Positions 1-13,252 of a stretch of 64,000 nucleotides of DNA are shown here, one piece after another (position 1 is the stretch's first letter; each line of letters opens with the position of its first letter). Below the pieces are notes generated by a model, which was given only the letters and a program-made list of their open reading frames with translations, was not told the origin of the DNA and did no database searches. The stretch spans positions 987,777-1,051,776 of the forward strand of contig CAJFCJ010000024.1 of NCBI GenBank assembly GCA_904063045.1, written 5' to 3'. Origin of the DNA: Dimorphilus gyrociliatus. Taxonomy: Eukaryota; Animalia; Annelida. A program made the translations under genes and the position numbers.

Positions 1-271
1 GATTCCTTCTTCCTCCATCTCTCTCTCTCTCATTCCTTCTTCTTTCTCTCTTTTATCATTGATTAGCAGACTATTAAACAACAAGGAACAAAAGAAAATT
101 TTACCTTTTGATCTCCTATTGACTATTGAAAAACGTCATTTACCAATTAAATATATCGAATATGCAAAAGAATTTTGACCACCACTTTAAGTTTATTCTA
201 ATTATCAATATTTTTCTATTTAATATCAAAAATCAGTAATTTATAAAATGTTTTCCAATTTCCTTTGAAAG

Positions 272-708
272 TTTTGTACCTATCGAGTGTTTTACGTTCT
301 CGAATATGTGCTCATGCTCATCCTACGACGCACAGCAAACACGTTACGATTACTCTTATCGTTATTATCCTTCTCTTTATCCTACTAATGACACCTGCAG
401 AAATCATTGATTTAGTTTTAAATATAAGATCACCATCGAAAGGAAAAGGCAAGTTTTTAATGGCTTGCTGCAACTTGGTTAATATTATACAAGCTATGAA
501 TTTTGCTTTAAACTTTCTACTCTATACTTCATTTAATGCGACGTTTCGAAAAACTTTAATCTCTTTGACTAGAAGATGCTTTAGATTAAGAAGACCTTTT
601 GACGATAGAAATAGCCTAAGAACATCAATGACCAGCGTTCGAGTTAGAATAAAGCATACAGAAGAAATTCCGCTGCATCACTTGCACAAAAAACACTCGT
701 TTGCCTGA
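272..708 (+). CDS. Last coding exon of a class A (rhodopsin-family) peptide-receptor-like GPCR (TM6, TM7, helix 8, tail); upstream exons lie outside the window
   Basis: The ORF has a hydrophobic TM6 (VTITLIVIILLFILLMTP) and a TM7/helix-8 signature (NFALNFLLYTSFNATFRKTL) typical of invertebrate FMRFamide-receptor-like GPCRs. There is an AG acceptor at 270-271. Confidence 0.8.
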
Positions 709-2577
709 AGAATCATTTGAAATTTACAATTCATTAAAAGGCATTTTTACTTTTGAAAACCGGAAGAAAAGTTGATAATTTTCAGATGATCTACGTTGTT
801 TTTCTTCTCTGAAAAGAAGAGATGCCTGAATATTATAATAATAATTTCTATTTCTTATTATCTTTGCTACAAGTAGTATTTGAAGGGTCTATTTACTTCA
901 TAAAATAAACATATTCATACATCTTTTGTAACTGTTTAAAATTATTATTGATTGACAGACAGACAAACAGACAAACAGATAGACAAGAAGAGGTAAAAAA
1001 AACCATGAAATCGCAAAGGATATAGATAATATAATTGATAGAAAAATTTTAATTTACACGCGTTACAAGGACTCTTAAATTAGAAATAATTCCTACAATA
1101 AAAAAGCTTTCAGTTGAATTGTGTCGAGTTGGGTTAGTACTGGGAATAATATAATCAACTATTGCCTATTAATTAGTTACTGTTCAAATATGGTTACCAC
1201 TATATCTGGGTTTGAGAAACAAAAGAAAAAAAATACAGTTTCATTAAAAAACCTCTCATATATAGATATATATTTATTTCCATTACTATAAGCGCGAAGT
1301 AGACAGACTGTCTACAAGCAGAGATCGTGAGACACATTCGCAAATAATTAAAAACATATTTAGGGAATTGATATTAGTTTCACCCTCTTAGCGATATCAA
1401 ACTTTTCTTATTGTGTTTTTTATCTATATTTTATCATTTTTCCCTTCTTTATCCGAGCAGTTTAACTATGTCAAAAACAGGGGAATGAATGATAGCGAAA
1501 TGACTATTACTAAGAGTACAAGTTTTCTGTTTTTCTTATAATTCAATTAATTTTTATTTTAATTGAATTTTTCATTTATTTTAAATATTTTAGTAATATT
1601 TTTCTTTCTTTCACGTGACATTTGTCATTAGTCAAAAAGTGATTTTTATATCTATAAAATGTCTCATTTATTAGTACACTTCAGAAAAAGTGAGCTATAA
1701 AACTTCATGACCCAAATATACTAAAGTATTAGTTACAACAACTTGTTTGACACTCTGTGACATTTATCATCTAACCATTTATCCATCTATCCATCCCTCC
1801 CTCTCTCTTTCCTCTTCCTCTTTTTCTCTCTTAATAATTAAATTAAACAAATGATACTTATTTATGGCTGTAATATACACTATATATATTTATATATAAC
1901 TAATTAAATTATCATTAATACCCTTAGGACAGAACTAGCCATTATATCATATATATAAAAGTAATGAGAGCGTTCTCGGAAAAAGTTAAGGAGAGGCTAA
2001 AAGAAAATTCAGGCTTATTAACTCTTATTCCTGTGTCTCTTTTTTCTGCTTTTTATAAGAAACATATATACTAATATACATCAACAGTAACATGTTTCAA
2101 ATTATCCAACAGAAGAAAATCGTACAGACTTTCTTGGAAATGATATCCATAATGTAGACAATGATTGAAGCCGGTTGGCTGACACATCTCTCGTCGTTAA
2201 AATCTACTCAATGCTTCTCATTTACAGACTGAATAATAGGACACGTTTTTCCAATAACCGTTTGAGCACCTTTCAAAATATATTCTCTCAGTCAATAAAA
2301 TCTAATCAATCTAAGGTGAGTAACAAGATATTCTTAAATTCCCTTATGAGAAGAATATATGGTCTGCACTTTTAGACAAGCTTAACTTTTCAAGAAATTA
2401 CCATAAATTCGATTAAAAATATAGTCTCTATATTAGAAAGGAACGAAGGCAACAAAGAAAAAGAGGAAGTGGAGATAAACAATGCGAACTTAAAAAATAA
2501 ACTTCAATTTATTTTCTATCTATTCATTGAATCGTGAAGTGAGAATAAAATAGATAAAACTGAGAGCGAAAGAGGCA

Positions 2578-2630
2578 ACGAGAGAGAGAGAGAGAGAGAG
2601 CGCGAGGGAGAGTGAGAAAGTGAGAAAGAG
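2578..2630. repeat. (GA)n microsatellite with a degenerate tail
   Basis: Direct reading of the sequence. Confidence 0.9.
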
Positions 2631-5567
2631 AAAGCGAAGTTTTCATTATTAAATAACCTTGAGAATTCTAGTGTTTTATTCTAAATAAACCTAGATATGC
2701 TATTCTTTTTTTGACATAAAATTAAAGAAGCCGCTCAAGGGGTAAACCTCTAAAAAAAATTATTGTACCTTAGACACGCTAACATCTATCAAAATCTCCT
2801 CTATTGTATCTTATTTTTGATTGAGTATTTATCTCTTTTTATTTTATTCCTAGTGACCTCTGAAGTTTGTTAGCTTTATTTCCTAGAAATATATATTATT
2901 CTCAATATCGACTTTAATTTATGCATAAAATGTTTATTAGTTTCTTTTCATCTAAAATACTTTTCTTTCTATTTAAAATAGCTTGCTTTATAACATAAAA
3001 ATGTTTTACTGAATCATTACGTTTTAGCGTATGTTGTATATTTATAGCATGAACAATATGTAGTAAACTTTGCTCCTATTAAAAATTTTCCTCCATATTG
3101 ATAAGATGCTTTGACTTTAGAATACTTTGAACCATATGTACAACTCTACCGGATTTTGATCCTGATTCTTTCGATTTATATTCTCATATATGAAACTTCG
3201 AAAATATCTTTTAGTTTTAAAAACTATGTTTCACGGTGATAAAAAAGTATATGGTACTGTTTAGGCATTTCATTAATTTCTTTCATGTTCACCTAATTGA
3301 CATTGAAAACTGATCTTTCTTTTTATCCCAAACACTTAGCTATTTATGTTTATACTTGACTCACCTTCAGAAGTCTTCAGAATGTCATTATTAGTTTTAC
3401 TAATGAATTTACTTACTAAAACCATGTATACTCTCACCAATAAATATCATGTAGAAGAAATTTAAGAGTATAAGATCTAGGTAAATAATAAACCCCTATC
3501 TTCAATGGAAACTAAACCTTAAACATTCCTCTTGCGTTTAATTTAATAAAAGGGGTTATGAGTTGAATATCTTCTATTCTCTCATTCCTTCGTTGCTTTT
3601 GTCTCTTTTTACCTGTCGGAAATATTTACTTATAATGAAAGTAATTAGGATTATTATAATTATTAACATAAGAATTTCAAAAATTTAACAAATACATTAT
3701 TAAATGATAAATCTATTATGGTACAGTTGACACATGTTTGCGATTTGATTTGACAATTCTCTGTAAATCATGTACAGAATAGAGATGTTTTAAATTTCCG
3801 TATCTAATGAATTAAGAAACTATCTTTCGTTGAAGTAATATAGTTACATAATATCAATAAAGCTATTTATTTGTTCTGTTAGGATCAAAATCAATATTTC
3901 TATGAAATGAGCCATTGCGTGACAAAAAGAAACAGCATTCTATATACTATAGATTCTGTTCTTCAGTTTATTCAGGTCTTTTTTATTGTTTGTCGGTGAT
4001 CTATGTAAAATTTAAACTAAAACGAAATATAAATCAATCTACAGCAAAACGGATTCGTGTAACTCGCCTGCAGGGATCAGTATTAGGCAAGTCGAGTGAA
4101 TAAACAATGTAACCAACGTCATGCTGATTTCAGTTCGGTTCGCATCAGAGTTACTCAAAAGAGCGTAAAAGGACTACAAAAATTTAAGTCTGTAAGAATT
4201 TTCAATACGTAAATTCTCAGTTAATAAGAAATAACGTATTTTAACATCCAAGTTTTATAAATAAGACATGAATACTGATTTGTTATATCAAACAAATCAG
4301 TAACAAATCGTTAACGTCGTTTACATTCTCAATTCAGCTACTAGTGCTTTACGACTGCTAGTCTTTGGTCAGTCACCTTTCAATCCCCTGGTCGGTCATA
4401 CTCTTAATCTTAGTATCTCTTCTATAATCGAAGAGAATACTGTAAAGTCATATTCTCAAGTTTTTTTCGACCAAGGTTAGCTAGGGAGCCGAATTACTAA
4501 TGAAATGCTTTCCTTCAAATTTATTTCGACTATCAGACATAGACTAAGTTTACAACTTAATTTACAAACAGATGCGCACGATACGCAGACAGTAAGAGAA
4601 AGAAAAATACACCTTAATCCTTTTCCATAAGAATGTTATAGAAGAAAACAATAATGGATCTACTAAAGAAAAATCAAAACAATGCCAGATTCGCCAATTA
4701 CATAACATTACTTCTATTAATTAAGAATGCTGCTTCCTTCTAGGAAGTTCTTAGTTTAAGCAAATTATCAGATGCGATGATCGACATCGATAACCAGACG
4801 AAACAATGTTACAGGTAAAATTTCACCCAGTATGTAAATAAACTGCAAAATTAAACTAGTTCATAAGTTTGGAGTTATTTATTAATAGAAAAAGCAATCG
4901 ATACTAGGTAATAAAAGTAACCTTTTTGAATGACAAGGTTGGCAACCTCAAGCATAATTAGGTCGTAACACCAGACGAAAAACTATATATTGGATATACT
5001 AATAGGATTTATTTTGTTAAAACTAAACTTTACTGTTATTATGATACTATATAAGTATCAATCACCTTATATCTATCTCTACGCTAAAGCCATTCTTCTT
5101 AGCTTATAGTGGATATATATAAGATAGAACTCAGGAAACCGATTAGAAGTACTAATTGTCCTTTCAGAACTCGAGTAAAGACCATTGTCGCGATATATTT
5201 CTAAGAATTTTACGTAATAGAGTCTCTAATAAACACACGTATTTATAATTTATTGAAACTCTTTATCGATGCATTGACAACTTATATAATTAGATAAAAA
5301 AACACCCTTTTCGTTTATTTCTCACCGTTTCTTTTTTTAGAACGCCATCTGGTGATTGTTTAAACTGCGATTTGTTCATACTATAGTCACTACCTACGCC
5401 CTTTAATATTTTACTATATGATATTAAAAAATGCGGACCTTCAGAGTCAATACTTGCCTTTGAATCACCAACATACGGGGTATACAAACACGCCCTTCTT
5501 CGGTAATTGAATGCTGCGGGTTCAAATTTTTTCAAGATTATCAAAAAGTAATTGATTTATTACGAAA

Positions 5568-8500
5568 ATGTCACTTAATCTGGAGGCGAATAAAAAGTAC
5601 ACACATGTAAGTAAAATAGCTATCATAATTAATAAGGTTTCGTAATTTCTTTAAGAGATTATGCGGTTCTATTTATTAAATGCTATACAATATCAAGTCT
5701 TATATGCTTCTCTTTATTGATTTTTGCAGTTCTCCGTACCAATAAATGAAAGTCTTCCACTCAGCATCAAAGTAAAGGCAGTTGTTGAGAAAAAGGAAGA
5801 AGTGGTAGAAAATGTCGTATCCATTGAAAAGTATGTTCACGAGAAGGATATTCTTATTGGTCAGCTAAATGTCGAAAAAGAGAGGCAAAGAGAACTTGAA
5901 ATTCAAATAGAGAGGCTAAAAAGTGAACAAGAGTCTCAGAGATTACAGATTGAGTTGAAAAGGCAAGAAGCAGAAAAACATTATGAAGAACAGGAATTAA
6001 ACATGAGAAACCAATTGAAAATGTTGCAAGAACAACAAGAAATTGAAAGGAAAAGAATTCTAGAGGAACAACTCATTCAACAGGAACATTTAAGACATCA
6101 ATTGGAACGACAAATTAAAATACAAGAAGAACTAAAAGTAACCAGCGGCGAGTCTGTTCAAAAATATGCTGAAGAGCAGGTGAATAAACAATTTATATTT
6201 ATTTATTTAAAAAAACATATTCTATCGATCTTAAAGTCTATTCTAACCTTCTAGTTTTCTCTCATTTTCATTCAATTGAAAGATAAGTGAGTTATTTTTC
6301 TTCAGGTTAAAATTCTCCTTGAACAAAGAGATGCGGGAAAAAAAAAAGAAAAAGTCACAGTTGAACATAGCACAAACACTGATTTTCAAATTCCAGAGGT
6401 GGTTACTAAAGAGACTATTATAATTGATCACAGCACGCATGAAAAAGAGGTGGAAAAAAAAAAAGAAACAATTACAGTTGAACATAGCACAAACACTGAT
6501 TTTCCAGAAATAGTTACAAAAGAAACTATTGTAATTGATAATAATCAACAACTCAGTGAAATTGAAAAATTATGGAAAGAGAAATTTGACATGCAATTAA
6601 GACAACATGAGAGATTTATTGAAGATCAGCAACAAATACACTTGAAACAGAGAGAAGTACTCGAAATGCAATTGTCGGGTGAAAGAGAAAAGCAATTCAA
6701 TCTGGAGAGAGAGCTTGACGATCTAAAATTTCAACAGGAGCAACAACGTTCTGCTTTTGAAAGGGAAAGGGAAGAACAGCTAAAAATGCAAGAATATCAA
6801 AGTCAACAAATGCAAGAACAATTGCTTTTAATTAAACTTGAACAAGAGCAGAAACAAACTGCTGAAACTCATATTATACACGAAAAATGGATATTAGAAC
6901 AAAAAGAACAGCTAGATGAAATTGAGAAAATATGGAAAGAGAAATTTGAGATTCAACAACAGCAACAGTTAAAATATTCTCAAGAACAACAAGCACTTCA
7001 TTTCAAACAACAGCAATTACTTGCTGAGCAATTGGAGGAAGAAAGAGAGAAACAGCATCGCTTAGAAATAGAATTATCCGAAATGAAAGCTGCGCAAGAT
7101 CAACAATTGCTTATTTTTGAACAGCAAAGAGAACAACAGATAAAAATTCAAGAGATGCAACAAATACAAATGCAAGAACAAATAAAACTTTTACAGGAAC
7201 AACAGGAGGCTGAGAGAATTAGGATGATTGAAGAGCAACAAATACAAAAAACAATTTTAGAGAGAGAATTAGAGCAGAAACTTATGATGAAAACACAAGA
7301 AAAAGAAATAATTACTAAGCAGCAAATAACTCAACAGCAAATATTGCAAGAGAGTCTTCTTGAAGAGCATCGAAGACAAATGGAAGAGATGGAAAGACTT
7401 TGGAGAGAAAAGTTTGATCAACAGAGATTAGAGCAAGAACGTCTATCGAGAGATCAGGAGTTAGCTTACGAAAGACAAAAACAACTGCTTGAGCAGCAAC
7501 TAGAAGAGGAAAGAAGAAAGCAAATAAGTGTTGAAGAGCAAATGCTGCAAATGAAAAAAATACAGGAGCAGCAACACTATGATTTTGAACAACAACGCCT
7601 TGAACAGAATAAAACTAGAGAATTCCAACAAAATCAATGGAAAGAACAATTAAGATTATTACAAGAGCAAAAGGAAACAGAGAGAATACAAATTCTAAAG
7701 GATCAACTTCAACAGCAGAACGATCTTAAGGATCAATTGAAAAAAGAACTTAATCAACAGCAGATAGAAAAAGAATTAGTAATGCAGCAGCAACTTGAAC
7801 AACAAAGACTTCTTCAGGAACAGTACGACCAACAGAAACTACTTCAAGAACAAATGATGGAAGAGCAAAGAAGGAAAGCCGAAGAGGCCGAAAGAGTATG
7901 GAGAGAAAAGATGGCTCTTCAACAACAGCAACAACAACAACAGCAAAAGCTAATTGACATAAAAAAATCAGAAATTAAAGAGATTCGAACTCGGCAAATG
8001 GTACCCTCCATAAACGGAAATGCTCCCTACAACTTCGTTACAGAAGAGGATGCAACAAGAAAATTAGTTCTGAGCAGTCTTGAGAGAAAAGCTCACGTTC
8101 ACAGTCAGATAAACTACGATTCGGGGAAAAGTGGCACCCCTGAGCCGGTTAGAACTCCATTTATTCCCGTTACGACCAGCCCTCCCAATACACAACCAAG
8201 TGGGCAAGCGCTGTCACCAGTTTCGACTGGATTTTATACCCCACCACCCCCAGCTACTGATATTATACCCGAAGTAGCTTTCAGACCTCCAATGTCTTAT
8301 AGTAAGCAAGAAGAGGAAGTAGTAATACGGAACGACGTTATCAATGAGTACGAAGGATCTCGTGGAAGTTCACCAGTAACCGATATGGATTTTGAAACAA
8401 AAAACCAGTTTTCTTCGAGTTCTTCTTCATCTTCGTCATTTGTGGACTTAAATTCTACTTCACCTGCCGCCGCACTCCTACAAACTTCAGCGAAAGCAGA

Positions 8501-9827
8501 GCAATCTGTTTCAGTCACTAAGACGATTACCAGCACTGCAGTTGTGAAGAAATCTGATGAATCTATTCAAAAGACTGAGCAAACGAGAAAACTTGAAGCT
8601 AAAAGTTCATTGGTAATTCCTACTTCAGAGGTAGACGGCACAACTTCAACAGCAAATGAAGATAGGAAGAACATGGTTGTAGCTATTCCTCAACCACCTC
8701 CTGTACTGCCTGCAGTAAAGGAGATTAAACCCGCTTCAGTTTTGAAAAATACTGATGAATCTTTTCAAAAGGCAATTGAAAAGCAAAAGAAAAAATTAGA
8801 AGAAAAAAGTATGGAAGCTAAGGCTACTTCTCAGGTGTCTTCTACTAAAACTACTTCTGTCTTGAAGAGGAGCGAAGAGTCTTCTGTAACCACAGCAAAA
8901 GTTCAAGATTCAGTGTCAAGTCAAAAACTTATAAGCGACGCTTTACATGACAGGTTCCAAGAAGCAGTGCCCGGATATCGAAAAGATTATATAGGTTCTT
9001 CAACCTCTTCTCTGAATACTGAAAGGCCTAAATCGGAACTACCCGACATAAAACCCGTTGTCGGCGATCCACATATTAAGTTGGACGAAGATGAAGACGA
9101 CGATGAGGAGACGATTGCAGACTATATTCCAGAAGATGATGGATGGAAAGATGGAGTAACGAGAGTTATACACATACAAGATAAATACACTCACGTATTA
9201 ATAAAGGTTAGAGTTGAGAAGGCTACGGCAAAAAATAATCCTATGCTTATCGAGTTCCTCTTCAAAGTTGCACAATTTACTCTACATCAATTTAAGAAGA
9301 GAAAGATTGAAAAGGTATAACCAGTGCTATATTTAAGATGTCGTCTTTTGCAAACTATTCTTTTCTTTTTTCAGTTAAATTTTACAGAATCGGCTCTCAA
9401 TGCCCTCAAGGTAGAACCTGACAATTTCCCCCTAAGTGATCACTTTGAGCAATTGGGCAATAAAATAAACAGTAAAGTTGCTATTCGTGGGGCAGTTTGT
9501 CGAAGATTTACTGGTCAGTCTCATGTGGGAGGAGAGATTGATGGTACTATAAAATCAGAATTAAAATGTACTATTGGAACATCCGGAGTGCTTGTAGTTC
9601 TCCATAAGACAAACAGACTCGCCCCAGCCGCAGAATTTTGTCAGCAAATTTGCGAACACATCCTTAAATTAAAGCCAAAGACGTTGGGAGTGCAAAAGTC
9701 GATTTCCCGAATAGAACCCGCTGGTTGCCTATTAGCACAAAAATTCTTAAGAGATAATACCATAAACATAGCCGATGCAGCTAGAAGATGTATGGTTCAA
9801 ATAGCAGAATTCGTATTTTGGGCTTAA
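5568..9827 (+). CDS. Large Gln/Glu-rich coiled-coil protein (~1,316 aa) with a Ser/Thr/Pro-rich linker and a C-terminal degenerate EF-Ts-like domain; exons ~5568-5606, 5730-6179, 6306-9314, 9375-9827
   Basis: Three long ORFs join in frame through GT-AG introns, all phase 0. The 13-codon first exon (ATG...CAT|gtaagt) is tentative. The last ~205 aa align by eye with the mitochondrial EF-Ts core. Confidence 0.8.
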
Positions 9828-10656
9828 TTATCATATTTAATGTTTTTATACTAATCAATACTTCAAAATGTTGAAAATTCAAGAACATTGATAATCAAGT
9901 ATAAAAAGGAGGAAAATTTTTGAAATTGGTAATAACTTAAAAAATACTAATCAGTCTTTTTTTCCGTACAATTTATAGCAATGATAACAGTTGTTAGAGT
10001 TTGAATATGCCTATTTATCTAAATATACATCATTTAAATTATTTTAAGTATATATATATAAATACATTATAAATTTATATATACTGAATATATATATATA
10101 TATATAGACAGTATTTAGTTACATTTTCTGTTATTATTATCTATTATTATCATCATTATCAAGCATACTCTTAAATTCATATATCATAGAAGTATCAGCA
10201 CGTTCCAATTTTCAACTCAGATTTAAATATATTTATGATATCGTATATAGACATTTTCTCTTCGTTTTTTTTCAATATTCCGTATAAAACTATATAATTA
10301 AAAAGAAAATTATGGGCTCCATTTCAAGGGATTATCGATATAAAGAGAAAAACATAAAAAAAATAACATCCTACATTCGTACGAAGATGAAATATCAATG
10401 TTTTATTTTTAGTGATGAATTGTTCTTATTTTTAGTTTTCTCAATAAAAAAGTGAAAAAAAAAGGCTGTCAACTTATGGAAAAAATATTCAAATAAAAAA
10501 ATATAAAGTAGGAAACAAACTAAAAGTAAAGAAAGAAAAAAGACAGATAAAGAGAAAAAAATGGATTATTAGTACCTGATACAGAAAATTTTCATAAATA
10601 TATATACATATATATACACTATATATATATACATATACAGACTATTTACAGCTAAT

Positions 10657-13252
10657 TCAAGAGCTTTTTCCCAACTCTTTTTGCAATCCATGATAAGAAT
10701 AGACATCGTATCGCTGATGACAAATATCGGGACCATATTCTAAATATTCTTTTCGGGAAACTGAATGCTTGGCGAATTTTCCACTTTCTTCGTAATATTT
10801 TCCACCTTTCCACGCGTACGTACGAGGACTTTATTTATAGAAGAGATTTTAAAATTAAACTTAATAATATATTATAAAGTATCTAAAATTAAAATTACTC
10901 TGTAACATCGAAAACACCGCAAAACGGAACAGTTTCAGGTTTATCAGGTTCAATTTCTCGTAATCTGAAACATTTAAGTGAAAAAATGGTAATAATAGAG
11001 CAGTCAGTTGATATTTTGCCAAAAATTTAACAATATAAAACAAGTAAAAGAGTGTACTTACAGTCTTTTAGCAAAACCAGGAAATTTACAAGTAGCACCC
11101 GTTAAAAGAATATTCGCGTATAAATTACATGCAATTTCTGAAAATAGTTTTAAATTGTTGAATATCTTGAATAAAGGTTAATAGAAAAGGAATACCTGAC
11201 GGAAACCTATTACAAACATCTACTAAAGCTTCTCCAATTCCCATTTCGGTAAATCCGACATCTGTTGGATTAAAGAGTAATTCTGGAATCGAAAATCTCT
11301 CGTTGTTCATTTTCACAGCTTGTTCCTAGTTAATTTATTTAAGAGTTTAGTCAACAAACAGAACAGCATTTCGAGTTTTTAATTAATCTTACATGATCAC
11401 TTTGTTCTTTTAATTGTTTCTTGCTTAATGGATATCTTACGACACCTCTTTGCCGTGTTGAAAAATCTGGTAGAACATATTCTCTGACGATTTTATTTTC
11501 TGGGTAATTCGATCTAAAAGGTGTATGATAGAAACAAAATGAAAGCAATTGGAAAATAGACATTATTAGCTCTCTCTTCAAGATAAAGTAAATAGCTTTT
11601 TTCCTTTTACCTGCTGTGCTTTAAATCGTCGTTAAAATCCAAACTTACATAACATAGATCTTCTTTCATCTGATTGACAACATAAGTTTCTGACATCATC
11701 ATCATTTGCCTTTAAAAAAATACATCGTATGGTAATTCCATCTATCGGAGAAAGAGGTAAACGGGAAAAGGACAAATGATTACCTATATGAAATTGTTTC
11801 TTTTAAATGGTTTGTTAAAATTTTGCCTCCAACGTTTATTCTAAAAATAATAATTTTTATTATTTTTAACATTCGATCTATTAAATAGAGCAAACCTGCA
11901 AACAGCTTGATCAATACGAGTTCCTTTGACGTATGGTATTATGTGAGTAAAGCTGTATCCGGAATCAATTATTATGCAATCTTTTTCAGGAATAAGTTTT
12001 AAGTGAGACGTGTCAACTTTTTCGGCTTGGTATTTAGCAAAAGATAAATCCGATGCTGTCAATAATTGTGAAATAAAGAACAAATATTCTGTATATGATA
12101 ATATTCAATAAAGTGTGATATATCATTTACAGTTTATACAGTACATATATACTGTATATATATATACATATACATGGATAAATACTGTTAAAATGCAGTA
12201 TATTACTCTATTTTAACTATCATTTAACAAGTTCTTTAAGGAAATGGAATACTGAATTTTTGTTTTGTTTATATTAACTTTATCAAAATAAATAGCTTTA
12301 ATTCATTCCAATTTCACGTGCTTTAATTTAGTAAACTGTTAACCAGATGTGGGACAATGTTTGTAAACTATTTAAGCAAGCCATCATTAAACGTCAAAAG
12401 AGATGGAAAAGGGTTAAGGGATGCCAATGCGACCCTAAACAAACGCATAGGAGTCTCTTTACCTTTTAAACCCGGTAAGTAAATATTGAACAATAAATAA
12501 TTTAATGGGAATAAGAGTAGTTTCTAAACCCTTATATACAATTGAATTTAATTAAGAACTTTTTGGCTCTTTCAGCAAACATTTATTATAATATAGAGTA
12601 AACTTTAATAAAAAGAAATAAAAGAAATACGTACGATGCACTCTCGAAATGCGATTAAATTGAAATTCTTCAAATAGAATTTCGTCCATAGCATCCTGTA
12701 TTGGTACTAAATTCATATATGGTTCAGTTATTATTACGTTACAATCTTCGTAATCAACCTAATAAAAAATGCTTTATTATATAAATTAATCTCTTAAATG
12801 GACGTATTAACTTTTTTTATATCAGGTTTGGAAAACATATAAGACCATATCTGTTTCTCTAAATCCCAATTTGTAAGAAAACCCTAAAAAGCGAAACAGG
12901 GTTATAATAATAATAAAGAGAACCATAAACAAGATATACCCTTTGGAATGGGAGCATATAATACAGGCTTGTGAGATCTTTGCATTCCTTAATCAAATCA
13001 CCAATGAATGACCTTGTTCTAACGTGCTTGGCTTTATAAATGCAATTTGGTATAATTCTGGTAGGAAAAAAAGCGGCTGGGCGATAATATGATAAATTGG
13101 TAAATATTTAAATTTTAACAAAAACTACAGTTTTTTTCTTATACATTGGAGTGAAACTTTAATTTTTTTATTATAACTTACAACGGATTCTCATCAGTCG
13201 TGTAACCAACTTTGATTTCGTAAGCACCGTTATCAAGAATAAGGGTGGCCAT
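10657..13252 (-). CDS. ACTR6: Actin-related protein 6 (SWR1/SRCAP complex subunit), multi-exon with mostly short introns
   Basis: Spliced translation gives MATLILDNGAYEIKVGY..., VIITEPYMN, CIIIDSGYSFTHIIPY, EYVLPDFST, NERFSIPELLFNPTDVG and PRTYAWKGGK, all matching ARP6. The stop TGA is at 10657-10659. Confidence 0.95.

Noticed and set aside
1289-1305. Perfect palindrome GTAGACAG-A-CTGTCTAC
   Set aside because: The arms are only 8 bp, it is a single copy, and there is no supporting context.
8297-8536. Antisense ORF within the coiled-coil gene (also 6243-6551)
   Set aside because: These are shadows of the biased sense-strand codons and have no independent features.
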